64,000 bases of DNA from an uncultured Chloroflexia bacterium (GTDB lineage Bacteria > Chloroflexota > Dormibacteria > Aeolococcales > Aeolococcaceae). Location: NCBI GenBank assembly GCA_963841385.1, contig CAWJCO010000003.1, forward strand, positions 264,712 through 328,711. Direction: 5' to 3'. The first letter of the stretch is position 1; each line of letters opens with the position of its first letter. The notes under the pieces were generated by a model. That model was not told where the DNA came from. It ran no database searches and saw only the letters and a program-made list of their open reading frames with translations. A program made the translations under genes and the position numbers. Of the stretch, positions 56,607 through 64,000 are shown one piece after another.

Positions 56607-57125
56607 TTACGACGCTGGAGGTTCGCCCGCCGGCTCCGGAGGCTCGCCGGCCGGCCGGCTGGTCACCACCAGGTAGTAGAGGACGGCGGCGACCACCAGC
56701 CAGAACACGAAGATGACGATCGACCCGGCGCCGAGCCGGTAGTAGAGCGAGTTGGCGCCCACGAAGACGATGTTCCCCACCAGTGAGACCACGTCGCCCA
56801 CGGCAGCCACGGCCAGCCCGTACACGGCCACTGCCCGGCCGCCGCCGGTCAGGGTCAGCATCATCACCACGCCGACCGTCATGACCACCCATCCCGCGGT
56901 CAGGAGCACGGTGCCGGCCACGTTGACGGTGGGGAAGCTGCAGAGGACCAGCCCGTTGCAGAGGCCGGAGACTCCGAGCACGTAGAGCAGCGAGACGACC
57001 GCGGCGACGATCCCGAGGACCGCCAGCACCAGACCCAGCAGGCGGGTGTCCAGGTTGAGCCGGATCGGGGGCCTCTCCGCGAAAGGGGGCCTCACCAGGC
57101 CGTTGTCGCTCAGGCGATGAGGCAT
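56607..57125 (-). CDS. Hypothetical integral membrane protein (4 TM helices)
   Basis: Start at ATG 57125 (MPHRLSDNG). Hydrophobic core and a Pro/Glu-rich C-terminal tail. Confidence 0.4.
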   Translation of the reverse strand: MPHRLSDNGLVRPPFAERPPIRLNLDTRLLGLVLAVLGIVAAVVSLLYVLGVSGLCNGLVLCSFPTVNVAGTVLLTAGWVVMTVGVVMMLTLTGGGRAVAVYGLAVAAVGDVVSLVGNIVFVGANSLYYRLGAGSIVIFVFWLVVAAVLYYLVVTSRPAGEPPEPAGEPPAS

Positions 57126-57201
57126 GGGGTCTCCTGGTCGGGGCGGCGCCCGGAGGTGGCCCCCCGGTTCGGATGAGGCGGCGGGCCACCTCGGGAATGC
57201 A

Positions 57202-58116
57202 TCACTGGCTGCCGGTGTCTTCCGCGGGCGGGGCACGGCGGCGCCTTCTGCCGCCGCGGCGCCGGCGTGCCGAGTCGTCTCGACGGCTGCCGGTCTCGCC
57301 GTCCACCCAGCGCGGTGGCGGCGGCTGGCCGTCGGCGAGCAGGTCGCCCAGGGTGCGCCAGCCGAAGGGCTCGCGGCCGCGCTGAACCAGCTCGAGGAAG
57401 CACCCCATGGTCGCCTCGGCGTCGGCCAGCGCGTGGTGCGGACGGCGATGGGGCACGCCCAGCTCGACGCAGAGCCGCTCCAGGCCGATGGTGTCGCGAA
57501 GGTCGTAGAGCTTGGCGGCGAGCCGCGAGGTGTCGAGGTTGTCAGCCTCCAGGCTCTCGCCGAGGGTCGCCGCGATCAGCCGGCTGTCGAAGGCGTCGGC
57601 GCTGTGCTCGACCAGCACCGCCCCCCGGCAGAAGCGGCGAAACCGCTCCAGCACCGGCCGCACCGGCGGGGCGCCCCCCAGGGTCTCGCTGGAGATGCCG
57701 TGGATGCGCCGGGCGAACGGGTTGATCCGGTCGTTGCTGTGGACCAGCGTCTCCAGGGAGATCAGGTGCCGCTCGAGGGTGAAGGCGACCGCCCCCAGCT
57801 CGACCAGGCGGTGCGGTGACTGGCCCGTGGTCTCGCAGTCCACCGCCACGAAGCGGAGCAGCTCGATCGGTGTCTCGGGGGCGGGGCGGGGGCGGTGCGG
57901 CTCGTCGTCGGGATCGTCGATCGCCGCGAAGCGCTCGTCGCCGGCGGGGCCGAGTCGAGCCACGAAGCTGTCCCCGATCGGCACCGAGCCCCGCCGCCGC
58001 CCATAGTGGCGCCGCCCGTGAGGAAGCGGCTCGCCGCCGCCCGCGGAGGGTGGCTCGGATCCCCCCGTCGAAGAATCAGGCGACAGCGGCGCCGGCATGG
58101 GTGTGGAGAGGGACAT
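57202..58116 (-). CDS. DEDDh 3'-5' exonuclease (DnaQ/epsilon-like) with a roughly 95-aa low-complexity N-terminal extension
   Basis: Exo I VAVDCETTG, Exo II HSADAFDSRL, Exo III HHALADAEA. Confidence 0.8.
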   Translation of the reverse strand: MSLSTPMPAPLSPDSSTGGSEPPSAGGGEPLPHGRRHYGRRRGSVPIGDSFVARLGPAGDERFAAIDDPDDEPHRPRPAPETPIELLRFVAVDCETTGQSPHRLVELGAVAFTLERHLISLETLVHSNDRINPFARRIHGISSETLGGAPPVRPVLERFRRFCRGAVLVEHSADAFDSRLIAATLGESLEADNLDTSRLAAKLYDLRDTIGLERLCVELGVPHRRPHHALADAEATMGCFLELVQRGREPFGWRTLGDLLADGQPPPPRWVDGETGSRRDDSARRRRGGRRRRRAPPAEDTGSQ

Positions 58117-58177
58117 GTGCGAGTCTCCGGCCATCCTAACCGCTTCGGGTACCGGAGCGAACCTATACTCGGAAGAG

Positions 58178-59452
58178 ATGCGCCTCATCGCCGCCGGGAT
58201 CACCTTCCGCACGGCTCCCGTGGAGGTCCGGGAGCGCGCCGCCCTCTCCGACCCAGCGGCACGGCACCTGCTCCGATTCCTGGTCGGGCACGGCGGCCTG
58301 GGCGGCGCAGCCGCGATCTCGACCTGCAACCGCACCGAGCTCTACGTCAGCGTCCACGACGACCCGGACCCGGAGGCGCTCATCCCCCGGCTGCGCCGGT
58401 ACCTCGACCCGGAGGGAGAGGCGCCGGTGCGCGAGCACGTCACCATCTTCCGTGGCGAGGAGGCGGTGGAGCACCTCTTCCGGGTGGCCACCGGGCTGGA
58501 CTCGATGGTGGTCGGCGAGACCCAGGTCCTCGGCCAGGTCAAGGCGGCGCATCGCCTGGCCCTGGAGACGGGGACGCTCGACGCCCAGCTCGACTTCGTC
58601 TTCCGGCGGGCCATCGGAGCCGCCAGGCTTGCCCGCTCCCAGACCGGGATCGGCCGCGCCGCCGGCAGCATCAGTGAGGCGGCCATCGCGGTGGCCGAGA
58701 AGGTGCTGGGGAATCTCGAGGGCCGCACCGCGCTGCTCATCGGTGCCGGCAAGATGAGCGCCCTGGCGGCCCGCCGGCTCAAGCGTCAGGGCGCGCTTCT
58801 CCGAGTGAGCTCACGGGGTGGTGAGTCCGCCGCCGCCCTGGCCACCCAGCTGGGGGCGTCGGTGGTCGGCACCGATGACCTGGCCGCGGCGATGCTGGAA
58901 TGCGACCTGGTGGTGACCGCCACCACCAGCTTCGAGCCGGTGCTGGATCGTGTTCTCTGCGGCGCGGTCCAGGAACAGCGCTCCGGGCGGCCGCTCTGCC
59001 TCATCGATCTGGCGGTGCCCCGCGACGTCGCCCCCGATGTCGCCGGCCTCCCGGGGGTGACCCTGATCGACATCGACGAGCTGGGCCGCCGGCTCCAGGA
59101 CGGTGCCCACGACCACGGCCGGGCGATCGCGGCGGCATCCCAGGTGGTGGCCGAGGAGGTGCGCCGCACCCTCGATGTGCTCGACCGGCGAGACGCGTCG
59201 GTGCCCACCATCCGGGCCCTGCTGGAGCGCGCCGAGATCATCCGGCTCCGGGAGGTCGAGCGGACCCTGGCCCGCTTGCCCGCCGCGGACGCCGAGCTGA
59301 CCGAGCGCATCGACGCCCTCAGCCGGAGCCTGGTGCGCAAGCTGCTCCACGCGCCGATCACCCATCTCCGGGCGGCCTCCGACGACCCGGGAGTGGTCCT
59401 CCGGCTCCGGGAGGCTTTCAGCCTGGACGATCCCGGCACCGGCGAGCGGTGA
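58178..59452 (+). CDS. hemA: Glutamyl-tRNA reductase
   Basis: STCNRTELY (catalytic Cys), GETQVLGQVK, and NADPH-binding LLIGAGKMS. Confidence 0.9.
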   Translation: MRLIAAGITFRTAPVEVRERAALSDPAARHLLRFLVGHGGLGGAAAISTCNRTELYVSVHDDPDPEALIPRLRRYLDPEGEAPVREHVTIFRGEEAVEHLFRVATGLDSMVVGETQVLGQVKAAHRLALETGTLDAQLDFVFRRAIGAARLARSQTGIGRAAGSISEAAIAVAEKVLGNLEGRTALLIGAGKMSALAARRLKRQGALLRVSSRGGESAAALATQLGASVVGTDDLAAAMLECDLVVTATTSFEPVLDRVLCGAVQEQRSGRPLCLIDLAVPRDVAPDVAGLPGVTLIDIDELGRRLQDGAHDHGRAIAAASQVVAEEVRRTLDVLDRRDASVPTIRALLERAEIIRLREVERTLARLPAADAELTERIDALSRSLVRKLLHAPITHLRAASDDPGVVLRLREAFSLDDPGTGER

Positions 59453-60324
59453 GCGGCGGGGCCCTCCGGCTCGCCACCCGCGGCAGCCGCCTGGCCCTCG
59501 CCCAGGCCGCCCTGGCGGCGGATGCGCTGCGTGCCGGCGGGGTCGGGGCCGTCGCGACCGTCGTGGTCAGGACCCAGGGAGATCGGGAGGCTGCCACCCC
59601 GGTCACGCGGCTGGAGGGGGAGGGCTGGTTCAGCGCCGCCCTGGAGCGGGAGCTCGTCGAGGGGCGGGCTGACGCGGCGGTCCACAGTGCCAAGGACCTG
59701 CCCAGCCGGCTCGGCGGCGGGCTGGCGGTCGCCGCGTTCCTGGAGCGGGCCGACTGCCGCGACGGCCTGGTGACCCGAGACGGGAGCGGGCTGGAGGCGC
59801 TGAGACCCGGCGCCACGCTGGGCACCAGCAGCGCGCGCCGCGCCGCCTTCCTCCGGCTGCTCCGCCCCGACCTGGTCGCGGTGCCGATCCGCGGCAACGT
59901 CGACACCCGGCTCCGCAAGCTGGAGGGCGGCGAGGTCGCCGGCCTCCTGATCGCCTGCGCCGGTCTCGATCGCATCGGGGCGTCCGACCGGCTCAGCGAG
60001 CGGTTCGACCCCCGCCTGTTCGTGCCCGCCCCCTGCCAGGGCGCGATCGCCATCGAGGCGGCCATCGGCAGCCCGGCGGAGGCCGCCTGCGCTCCGGCGG
60101 ACCACCGGGACACCCGCGCCGCGGCCGTCGCCGAGCGCGCCGTGCTCGCCGCCCTGGGTGGCGGCTGCCTGCTGCCGCTCGGCGCCTGGGCCCGGGTGGA
60201 GGAGGGGCGCCTGGTCCTGACCGCCGCCCTCGACGCCGGCGGCGAGGAGCGCAGGGCCGAGCTGAGCGGCGACGCCGACGCCCCGGAGGAGCTGGGGACA
60301 CGGGTGGCAGCGAGGCTCCGATGA
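59449..60324 (+). CDS. hemC: Hydroxymethylbilane synthase (porphobilinogen deaminase)
   Basis: LRLATRGSRLALAQA, AVHSAKDLP, GNVDTRLRKL, and the cofactor Cys in PAPCQGAIAIE. The GTG start overlaps the hemA stop. Confidence 0.9.
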   Translation: MSGGALRLATRGSRLALAQAALAADALRAGGVGAVATVVVRTQGDREAATPVTRLEGEGWFSAALERELVEGRADAAVHSAKDLPSRLGGGLAVAAFLERADCRDGLVTRDGSGLEALRPGATLGTSSARRAAFLRLLRPDLVAVPIRGNVDTRLRKLEGGEVAGLLIACAGLDRIGASDRLSERFDPRLFVPAPCQGAIAIEAAIGSPAEAACAPADHRDTRAAAVAERAVLAALGGGCLLPLGAWARVEEGRLVLTAALDAGGEERRAELSGDADAPEELGTRVAARLR

Positions 60325-61097
60325 GCCCGCTGAGCCCGCCGACAGCGCGGCCGCTCGCCGGCCGCCGGGTCATGGTGACCCGGGCCGCGGCTCAGGCCGC
60401 GGCGCTGAATCAGGAGCTGCGCCAGCTCGGAGCGGCCGTCGTCGAGGTCCCCGCCATCGCCATCGAGCCGGTGGGTTCGCCCGAGGAGCTCCGTCATGCC
60501 GCGCGCCGGCTCCGGACCCGTCGCCCGCCGCGCTGGCTGGCCGTGACCAGCGCCAACGCGGCGGAGCGGCTCCGCGAGCTCGACCTCCCCGGGGACCTCG
60601 CCGGCGTCCGGGCGGCGGCGGTGGGGGAGGGGACCGCCCGGGCCCTGCGCGACCTCGGGATCAACGTCGACCTGGTGGCACCCGGGACCGGGGCGGTTGC
60701 GCTCGCCGATGGTCTGGTCGCCGCGGGAGCCGGGGACGGCGCGGTCTGGCTCCCCCAGGCGGAGGCGGCCCTGAGCGAGCTGGGCGAGCGGCTGCGGCAG
60801 GCCGGCGCGGAGGTCACGGTGACCGTCTGCTACCGGACCGTACCGGTCCCCGGGCTGCACGACCTGCTGGTCGCGGCTGGCGCCGGCGGGATCGATGCGG
60901 TCACCCTGCTGAGCCCGAGCGCTGCCGAGGCGGTGATCGCGGCGGTGGGCGCCGAGTGGCTGGATGGGGTGAGCGTGGTCTGCGTCGGCGCCACGACCGC
61001 CACCGCCCTGCATCGTCACGGGATCCTGCCGGTGGTGGCGGCGCGGGGTGACGCGGCGGGCGTGGCGGCGGCGGTGGCGGGGGCGTTGCGCAGGTGA
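60321..61097 (+). CDS. hemD: Uroporphyrinogen-III synthase
   Basis: 258 aa in the HemD position between hemC and hemB. VMVTRAAAQAAAL...TSANAAE...VGEGTARAL pattern. ATGA overlap with hemC. Confidence 0.8.
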   Translation: MSPLSPPTARPLAGRRVMVTRAAAQAAALNQELRQLGAAVVEVPAIAIEPVGSPEELRHAARRLRTRRPPRWLAVTSANAAERLRELDLPGDLAGVRAAAVGEGTARALRDLGINVDLVAPGTGAVALADGLVAAGAGDGAVWLPQAEAALSELGERLRQAGAEVTVTVCYRTVPVPGLHDLLVAAGAGGIDAVTLLSPSAAEAVIAAVGAEWLDGVSVVCVGATTATALHRHGILPVVAARGDAAGVAAAVAGALRR

Positions 61098-61113
61098 GTA
61101 ACCTGGGACGGCC

Positions 61114-62097
61114 ATGCCCTTCCCCGCCGAACGCCCCCGGAGGCTGCGGCGCACGCCGGCGCTGCGCCGGCTCGCCGGCGAGACCCGGCTGAGCCCGGCC
61201 GACCTGGTCCATCCCCTCTTCCTCCGCGAGGGCATCGACGCGCCGGTCTCCATCGCCAGCCTGCCCGGGCATCGACAGGAGACGGTCGACAGCGCCGTCG
61301 GCGCGGTCGCGGGCGCTCTCCAGGTCGGGGTGAGCGCCGTGCTCCTCTTCGGGGTCCCGGCGCGCAAGGACGCGGTCGGCTCCGAGGCCTGGAACGACGA
61401 GGCGATCGTACAGACGGCGCTCCGTTCCCTGCGGAGGCAGTTCGGCGCCGACTGCGTCCTGATCGCCGACTGCTGCCTGGACGAGTACACCGACCACGGC
61501 CACTGCGGCGTGCTGCGCGAGGACGGCTCGGTGGACAACGACGCCACCCTCGAGCTCTACGCGCGGGCGGCGGTCTCCCAGGCTCGGGCGGGGGCGGACG
61601 TGATCGCCCCCAGCGGGATGATGGACGGCCAGGTCGGCGCGATCCGGAAAGCCCTGGACGGCGCCGGCTTCGCCGACACCGCCATCCTCGCCTACAGCGC
61701 CAAGTACGCATCGGTCATGTACGGGCCGTTCCGCGACGCGGCCGACTGCGCCCCGCGCAGCGGCGACCGGCGCGGCTACCAGATGGACCCCGCCAACGCC
61801 AACGAGGCACTGCGCGAGGTGGCGCTCGACGTCGCCGAGGGCGCCGACATGGTCATGGTCAAGCCGGCGCTCACCTACCTCGACGTGATCCGCCGGGTGC
61901 GCGCGGCCGTCGACGTGCCCGTCGCCGCCTACAACGTGAGTGGCGAGTACGCGATGATCGCCCACGGCGCCCGCGCCGGTGCCTTCGACGAGCGCGCCGC
62001 GGCCCTCGAGGTCCTGACCGCCATCCGCCGGGCCGGCGCCGACATCATCATCAGCTACCACGCGCTCCAGGCAGCGCGCTGGCTTCGCGAGGAGTAA
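61114..62097 (+). CDS. hemB: Porphobilinogen synthase (delta-aminolevulinate dehydratase), Zn-type
   Basis: RPRRLR N-terminus, the cysteine-rich metal site DCCLDEYTDHGHCG, and the active-site Lys regions MVMVKPA and APSGMMDG. Confidence 0.9.
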   Translation: MPFPAERPRRLRRTPALRRLAGETRLSPADLVHPLFLREGIDAPVSIASLPGHRQETVDSAVGAVAGALQVGVSAVLLFGVPARKDAVGSEAWNDEAIVQTALRSLRRQFGADCVLIADCCLDEYTDHGHCGVLREDGSVDNDATLELYARAAVSQARAGADVIAPSGMMDGQVGAIRKALDGAGFADTAILAYSAKYASVMYGPFRDAADCAPRSGDRRGYQMDPANANEALREVALDVAEGADMVMVKPALTYLDVIRRVRAAVDVPVAAYNVSGEYAMIAHGARAGAFDERAAALEVLTAIRRAGADIIISYHALQAARWLREE

Positions 62098-62108
62098 CCC
62101 AGACCAGG

Positions 62109-62882
62109 ATGAAGCCCCCCACCAGCCCACGCCGACTCCCCTTCGTGATCGCCGCGACCGTGGTCCTGGTGGTGGCGGCCGTCGCCGGCGCGGTGGCGCT
62201 GGACCAGGCCGACGGGCCCAGGCCCGTCGGCGCGGTGGCGCCGACTCCGACGCCGACCGCGACGCCGTCGCCGACCCCGACGCCGACGATCATCCCCTAC
62301 GCGGATTGCGCGTCGGCCACCTTCGGTTCCCCGCTGGGTCCGCTCAACCCGCCCTCCGACGTCCACGTCTACTCGGCGGCGCCGGCGATGACCATCGACC
62401 AGAGCAAGCTCTACGAGGCGACCATCGAGACCAGCAAGGGCAACATCGTCATCTGCCTCCAGCCCGACCTGGCCCCGGTGACCGTCAACAACTTCGTCAC
62501 CCTCGTCCGCAACGGCTTCTACAACGGCATCCCGTTCGCCCGGGTGGTCTCCGGCTTCGTCATCCAGGGCGGCGACCCGGACTGCATCGGCAACGTTCCG
62601 TCGGCCCCGGCCACCCCCTCCGGGACCTGCGGACAAGGTGGACCGGGCTACCAGTTCGACGACGAGCCCGTCCACGAGAAGTACATCGCGGGCGCCGTGG
62701 CCATGGCCAACGGCGGGCCCAACACCAACGGCTCCCAGTTCTTCATCTGCATCGCCGACGACACCAGCAGCCTGGCCCTCAGCTACAACCTCTTCGGGCA
62801 GGTGGTCAGCGGCCTCAGCGTGGCCCAGTCGATCGTCCAGGGTGACGTCATGGAGCAGGTCACCGTCACCGAGCAGACGTGA
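62109..62882 (+). CDS. Membrane-anchored/secreted cyclophilin-type peptidyl-prolyl cis-trans isomerase
   Basis: TM anchor and a PT-rich linker. Cyclophilin core FHRV-like [38 protein letters not shown]. Confidence 0.9.
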   Translation: MKPPTSPRRLPFVIAATVVLVVAAVAGAVALDQADGPRPVGAVAPTPTPTATPSPTPTPTIIPYADCASATFGSPLGPLNPPSDVHVYSAAPAMTIDQSKLYEATIETSKGNIVICLQPDLAPVTVNNFVTLVRNGFYNGIPFARVVSGFVIQGGDPDCIGNVPSAPATPSGTCGQGGPGYQFDDEPVHEKYIAGAVAMANGGPNTNGSQFFICIADDTSSLALSYNLFGQVVSGLSVAQSIVQGDVMEQVTVTEQT

Positions 62883-64000
62883 GGGCGGACCGGGAGCCCG
62901 GCCCAGGCCCATCGACGGCCGGCCCCGGCCCCGGCACCGGTCCGGCGGCCGGCACCGGCTCGGCCCGCCTGCGTGAACGCGCCAGCCGGGTGATGCCCGG
63001 AGGGGTCTCCAGCCCGGTGCGGGCCTACGCGGCGGTGGGCGGTGAGCCCCCGGTGATCGCGGCGGCGGAGGGGGCCCACCTGGTGGACGCCGACGGGTCT
63101 CGATTCGTCGATTTCGTGCTCGCCTACGGTCCCCTGATCCTCGGCCATGGCCACCCGGCGGTGGTCGAGGCGCTGCGGGGTCAATTGATCCGGGGAGTGG
63201 CTTACGGCCACACCGCGGAGCCGGAGGTGGAGCTGGCCGAGCGGATCTGCGCGGCCCTTCCCAGCGTGGAGATGGTCCGCTTCGTCAACTCCGGGACCGA
63301 GGCCACCATGTCGGCGCTGCGGCTGGCCCGGGCGGCGACCGGCCGGGACCTGGTGGTCAAGTTCGCGGGCGCCTACCACGGCCACGCCGACGCCCTGCTG
63401 GCCGCCGCCGGGAGCGGCGTGGCGACCCTGGGCCTCCCGGGGTCCTCGGGGGTCCCGGGAGGTGCTGTCGCCGACACCCTGGTGCTCCCCTACAACTCCG
63501 CGGGCGCGATCGCGGAGGCGTTCGCGGTCCACGGCGGCCGGATCGCCGCCGTGATCGTGGAGCCGGTGGCCGGCAACATGGGCTGCGTCCCGCCGCTGCC
63601 CGGCTACCTGGAGGAGCTGCGGCGGCTGACCCGCGAGGACGGCGCCCTGCTGGTCTTCGACGAGGTGATGACCGGCTTCCGGGTGGCCTACGGGGGAGCC
63701 CAGGGGCTGTACGGCATCGAGCCCGACCTGACCTGCCTCGGGAAGGTGATCGGCGGGGGCCTCCCGGTCGGCGCCTACGGTGGGCGGCGCGACCTGATGG
63801 AGCGGGTGGCGCCACTCGGCCCCGTCTACCAGGCGGGAACCCTCTCCGGCAACCCGCTCGCCATGGCGGCGGGGGTCGCGACCCTCGACGTGCTGCGCGA
63901 CGGAGACGCCTACGCCCGGCTGGAGGCCCTCGCCGGCCGGCTCGGGGACGGGCTGCGCACCGCCGCGGTGGCCGCCTCGGTCCCCTGCGCCGTCAACCGG
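62879..64000 (+). CDS. hemL: Glutamate-1-semialdehyde 2,1-aminomutase, 5' part (runs off the right edge)
   Basis: Not in the ORF track because no stop is reached. The frame from GTG 62879 (GTGA overlap with the PPIase stop) gives [36 protein letters not shown], and the PLP-Lys in [10 protein letters not shown]. Confidence 0.9.
   Translation, partial: MRADREPGPGPSTAGPGPGTGPAAGTGSARLRERASRVMPGGVSSPVRAYAAVGGEPPVIAAAEGAHLVDADGSRFVDFVLAYGPLILGHGHPAVVEALRGQLIRGVAYGHTAEPEVELAERICAALPSVEMVRFVNSGTEATMSALRLARAATGRDLVVKFAGAYHGHADALLAAAGSGVATLGLPGSSGVPGGAVADTLVLPYNSAGAIAEAFAVHGGRIAAVIVEPVAGNMGCVPPLPGYLEELRRLTREDGALLVFDEVMTGFRVAYGGAQGLYGIEPDLTCLGKVIGGGLPVGAYGGRRDLMERVAPLGPVYQAGTLSGNPLAMAAGVATLDVLRDGDAYARLEALAGRLGDGLRTAAVAASVPCAVNR

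Noticed and set aside
1-64000. CRISPR arrays, rRNA genes, integrases, transposases and IS inverted repeats.
   Set aside because: None were found on either strand. The only repeats seen are the short tandem and direct repeats listed as features.

Overview
Very GC-rich (about 70% by eye), gene-dense chromosomal segment with frequent 4-nt start/stop overlaps (ATGA/GTGA). The gene content suggests an actinobacterium-like or other terrabacterial organism: F420/LLM oxidoreductase, a TIGR03086-like protein, DUF929, ECF sigma/anti-sigma. I cannot resolve the taxon further. All calls come from reading the ORF translations for motifs; no database search was run.

I support about 62 protein-coding genes and three tRNAs: Gly-GCC, Cys-GCA and Leu-UAA. 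I also report a few regulatory and repeat elements. I saw no rRNA, CRISPR array, integrase or transposase.

Recognisable modules, left to right:
- Threonine dehydratase.
- ECF sigma/anti-sigma pair next to a Kelch+BNR surface protein.
- A minus-strand five-gene operon: dprA, comF, a replication-relaxation-like protein, a TraD/VirD4-like ATPase, and a degenerate M48 membrane protein.
- Two VOC proteins and arsC.
- Three ABC transporter loci, one with a TetR regulator and a clear promoter/operator.
- PfkB kinase, class A PBP, metallophosphoesterase, aldo-keto reductase.
- A frameshifted adenylate cyclase/AAA/TPR giant regulator.
- A small AT-richer segment next to tRNA-Gly, bounded by a 23-nt direct repeat, holding a lipoprotein gene broken by an in-frame TAG.
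- NfeD-SPFH, rarA, and a DUF929-DsbB pair.
- A polyamine/GABA catabolic cluster.
- A candidate murL-murD2 pair fused into an operon with a polyprenyl synthase.
- A hemA-hemC-hemD-hemB-(cyclophilin)-hemL operon running off the right edge.

The best candidate for an undescribed system is the dprA-comF-RepRelax-ATPase-M48-like operon (5776-10399).
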